A stretch of 64,000 nt of DNA from Fistulifera solaris (lineage: Eukaryota): the NCBI GenBank assembly GCA_030295235.1, contig AP026153.1, positions 372,001 through 436,000 of the forward strand, written 5' to 3'. The first letter of the stretch is position 1, and every line of letters begins with the position of its first letter. Below the pieces are notes generated by a model that saw only the letters and a program-made list of their open reading frames with translations, had not been told where the DNA came from and ran no database searches. Of the stretch, positions 60,402 through 64,000 are shown in pieces. The position numbers were made by a program, and so were the translations under genes.

Positions 60402-61429
60402 ATGAAACGGCGGACGAGTCAGCTGCTGGGCGACTTCGCTTGGCTTCTATTTGTATCCGAGTTGATGTTCACCTTTCAAAGAATGGAGGCCGCGATTGTT
60501 GGTAATATTTATCGGCGACCGAACGATGATCAAGACTTTTTAGTGCATATTCTTTGCTTTGATATCGTTTCCAATCGTGACTGCTGCTTAGATGCTCGTC
60601 GCGCTCTCGAGCACTTGTCTCTACCGATAAAAGAAAACTGTGAGGAACACATTTCGTTGGTGCACACCGACGGCAATCGATTGATATACTCGCTTTCTTT
60701 TCCATCAAAAGACTTTATTACTGCCGGGTGGATGACTCCCAAGGAAGAAATGACCTGGAGTAGCGCAGTCAGCTTTTGTGGGATGACAAAGAATCAAGCA
60801 TGACGTTGCAAGATTTACCGTTAAAAGAAGTGATGCCACAACTCCCATCCTTATTTAATCACAACAATCAGACAGTCACAGTATGTATCGAACAGTCTCT
60901 GTCGGGCTCTGGAATGCATAGGGAGATCAACTACAAGCTGCACGCAGACCGCGACTTGAAATCACTAGATATTCTCGTACACTTGCCGGCGGATGTTTTC
61001 ATCAACCGAGAGGATGCAGTCGCCAACAATTTGCACACGCAACTCGTTGACATTGTTACAACAACGCCTATTGATTTAGAGGAACCTACCTTTGTAAGTC
61101 CAGCACATGCTGTGATACTGCGACTCGGCTACACACGAAAAGACGCATCGTTCTCCTTGAAACTGCATTTAAGATACCCACAGCCGCTGGAAACCGGAGA
61201 TTTTCGACGGATCGTATTGCCACCGTCACTGGGTGTCTTTGCCACGGTAGGAAGCGATGAACAAGTATCCGTTGTAGCTGATAACTCATGTGCTCAGCCT
61301 ATCGTAATATGGAGTGCCTGTGGACATGCGGATGATTCGTGGTGGGTCCTTGTCGCTACAGTGGGCTTTGCACTCGCAGGTGCTGCGGTCATGTTGTCGG
61401 ATCTATCAAAAGTTGCCGCATGGATATAA
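60402..61429 (+). CDS. PIGX: PIG-X/PBN1-like GPI mannosyltransferase I subunit; frameshift ~60775
   Basis: GSGMHREI, HLPADVFIN, IDLEEP, LHLRYP, G...D..WV followed by a C-terminal transmembrane segment. Confidence 0.7.
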
Positions 61430-61535
61430 AAAGTAAAAGAGTGGACTCAATGATAAATATGATTATATCTGACTACGTGTGAATACTGATATCATGCATT
61501 AAATGCTTCGTCTCGTCTCTGCCGATTTGAGATAC

Positions 61536-63946
61536 TTAAATGACAAGACCAGGGCGAAGAGAGATGGCAAGCTTTTCAATATCGTTCCACTTTTCACTCA
61601 AAGCAACAAGTTTCTTGCGAGCCTCTTCTTCATCTTGCTGGTACGCAGCAGAGCACTTGTCATAGACCTCGAGATCGTATTCCATGTACATTTTCAAAAC
61701 GTTCTGTGCCAAACCTTCCACAGTAGCATTCCAATGTCCAGAAGAGTTTTTGTGAAGCGGGCCGTAGATGATTGGTAGCACCGTCGCGGCATTGAGTCGC
61801 GATAAGCAGCCAGAATTGACTAAATGCTCGTTGTTCCACAAAAGAGCGCACGCTCGACCACTTGGAAATGGTCGGAGTCAAGGCAGCGCGCCAAGTTTGT
61901 AAACAGCATAGTGCTGCATTGCGCCAATTGGTCCGCACCGAGAAGCTCCAGAATCTCTTCAAGCTCATTCAAAAACATGACTTGCTTGCCGCTGTTGCTC
62001 CATGGCCAGCACTTGAAGAATCCGTTCAGGATTGGAGTAGCCGTATCGGCGTCCTTCTCAACGTATTGAATGATGCAGTACGAGAGTTGCTGGTGATAAA
62101 GCGAGACACATTTAGGCTTGTGCAAAGGAATGAGGGCCCGGACCAAAAACTGTAGATGCTCCTTTTTGAGAGGGATGGCGAAACCATTGATGATGCTACC
62201 AAGGATCTCAAGCAGTTCACCAATTCCATTATGTCGCTCCGTTTCGTAGACAAAGCGATAGAAGACGTTGGAAATGGCACGTCGGATGAACGATCGGTGA
62301 GACATGAACTTTCCGTAAATTCGGTGCAGAATTGTCTTCAGATAGTCTCGTTCGCGGGGATCTTCACTGTCAAACAGTTCAACCAACTGCAGGCAAAACT
62401 TTTGGTCCACGTATTTCTTGGCCGCCTTCGCGTTAACTTCCGAACTGACGATGAACCTCAAAAAGAACTCGTAAGCAACCTGCAAGTGCGGCCAGGCCGG
62501 CTCCAAGACAGGCTCGTCCTCTTCCGGGTCAAAGTCATCCGTCGCCGGTGGCAATGCACGGCAAACATTAGCCGATACCATTGCCATCAGATCTCCCATG
62601 ATCGATTCCGTGAAAATCTTTTGTCCAGCGGGAGTGTTGACGTAGTCCACCAACTCCAAAAGCGTCTGACGTTTCATATCTTTACCTCTCTTGTCCGCGG
62701 TCGGATCATCGAAAGAAAAAATGACACTGCACAACTTTAACTTGAGCACAAAGAGCTCTTCTCGCTTCGCCGGCGGTGCATCGCGGAGAGCTGGCAAATC
62801 CTTCAGGGCCGTGCGATCTGCACCCGGTACCTGGATCTGTACCTTCTCCATACCTGGGCGGGGTGGTTCTTTAGCTACAGCGGCAGGGGCCGTTGGAGGT
62901 TTATTGCCTGCGCTTCCTCGACGGCGAGCTTCTTCGGTTTCCTGCAGTACGAAAAGTTTTATGTTAGAAATCGAGCGACTTGAGAAAGAAAAAGGTCGGC
63001 AACGGCAACGATTTTAAGTTATTATAAGCACACACCGATACTGTTTGCTGCGAGTGATGGATGAACTCCAAGGGATGTATGGATGAACTTCGTGCCTCAA
63101 TATATGAACCGGAACGGCGCTTTTTGGAGTACAATTGTGGAATCGGCTCGGGTGTTGAGGATCGGCGTTGTGTAGCACAAAAGTGATCGGATTCATCGCC
63201 CAGATACTGAATACGCATCTCACGATAACGTGGCACCCGGTGTTCGGCCAGTAAATGGTATTCCTGGTCTTTCGTGTCGTCAATGTCAAAGACACGGATC
63301 CACGGAGACATTAGCACGTGACACGGATTTGGAAAAAGATTGATGAAGTCGTACATTGTCGAGGAAGTGCTGCGGTGATGACCACCGATCGATTGAACAA
63401 CATCGTCCGATTTCTCGGTCGTTTCTCCAAAAGTCGTGTCGAGCGGACTCAGTGGAGGCGACTCGGTGCATGACGATGCCGATGACACAGGCGAACCCGC
63501 AAGGTCGGGTAGAGGATGATTCTCCACTTTCATGAGCTTCTTGTTGGAAGGAGGGGACCACATGGTGTGCACAAAGATCGATTTCGCCAGAAATGGTTTC
63601 TTTCGGACGAAAAACACCATCTTTTGAACGATTCGTCCAGTATCTTTGAAAAATTGTCTCAACGATAACAAAGAACTGCCTGGTCCGATCTACTTAGACG
63701 AGGAAAACGCGGGCCGGTCGGTCACTTAAGCGAGGCGCGGTTCATTTTTCGGCTACACTCCATTAGCAAAAAACGTCTCACCGCCAACGAGACGAGGAAT
63801 TTGGAATCTTACGAGACGATGATTGCGATAGTCCGTACGACGGACGGTCTTACCTGTGCGGGTTGTTGCTGCGATGGTTTGTTGGCTGGCTGTTGCTGTT
63901 GTTTACTGGTATTCTTTCTCCCTTTTCCTAAGCGCATCATCATCAT
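61536..63946 (-). CDS. PPP2R5: Protein phosphatase 2A regulatory subunit B' (B56); exon 1 63854-63946, intron 62942-63853; frameshift ~61840
   Basis: KRQTLLELVDY, EPAWPHLQVAYEFFLRF, FDSEDPRERDYLKTILHRIYGKF, ELLEILGSIINGFA, HFQVVERAL. Exon 1 MMMMRLGKGRKN...PAQ|GTAAG is phase 0 to CTGCAG|GAA. Confidence 0.95.
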
Positions 63947-64000
63947 CCGAGGGATATGTTGTTGTTTCGAGTGAAAAAGACTCAAAAAATAATAACAGGA

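Noticed and set aside
62156..62740. 194-aa + strand ORF
   Set aside because: Antisense shadow of the PP2A B' coding region.

Overview
Eukaryotic nuclear DNA, very gene-dense, with short GT-AG introns (about 60-100 nt) and several bipartite signal + 'AF/SF'-type plastid-targeting presequences. This fits a pennate diatom; the repeated lineage-specific gene family suggests a Fistulifera-like genome (inference, not checked). About 35 genes are recognisable: NUDCD2 (3' end), CSN8, mitochondrial PEPCK, two phosphoglycerate-mutase-family genes (one with two domains), glutathione reductase, DUF2256, a lumenal cyclophilin, VTE6/DUF92, RRP15, an Atg22-like MFS transporter, RlmH, APC10, ELP2, SLC35F6-like, an alpha/beta hydrolase, an SDR, a NIPA-type transporter, a POT/PTR transporter, PIG-X and PP2A B'(B56). 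Roughly half the genes carry single-base frameshifts in homopolymer runs, most likely long-read or pyrosequencing consensus errors. Most notable: (1) two tandem intronless genes, each encoding two fused L-amino-acid-ligase-type ATP-grasp modules, near an inverted pair of secreted flavin amine oxidases and a peptide transporter (candidate small-peptide or amide pathway); (2) a ~900-nt PP2A B' intron containing an in-frame alternative exon; (3) a pseudo-enzyme + enzyme double PGAM with an in-frame TAG; (4) a ~34-bp repeat with a palindromic core at two divergent promoters; (5) a secreted two-domain Cys protein with basic and acidic inserts. No rRNA, tRNA, CRISPR or clear transposase was seen.
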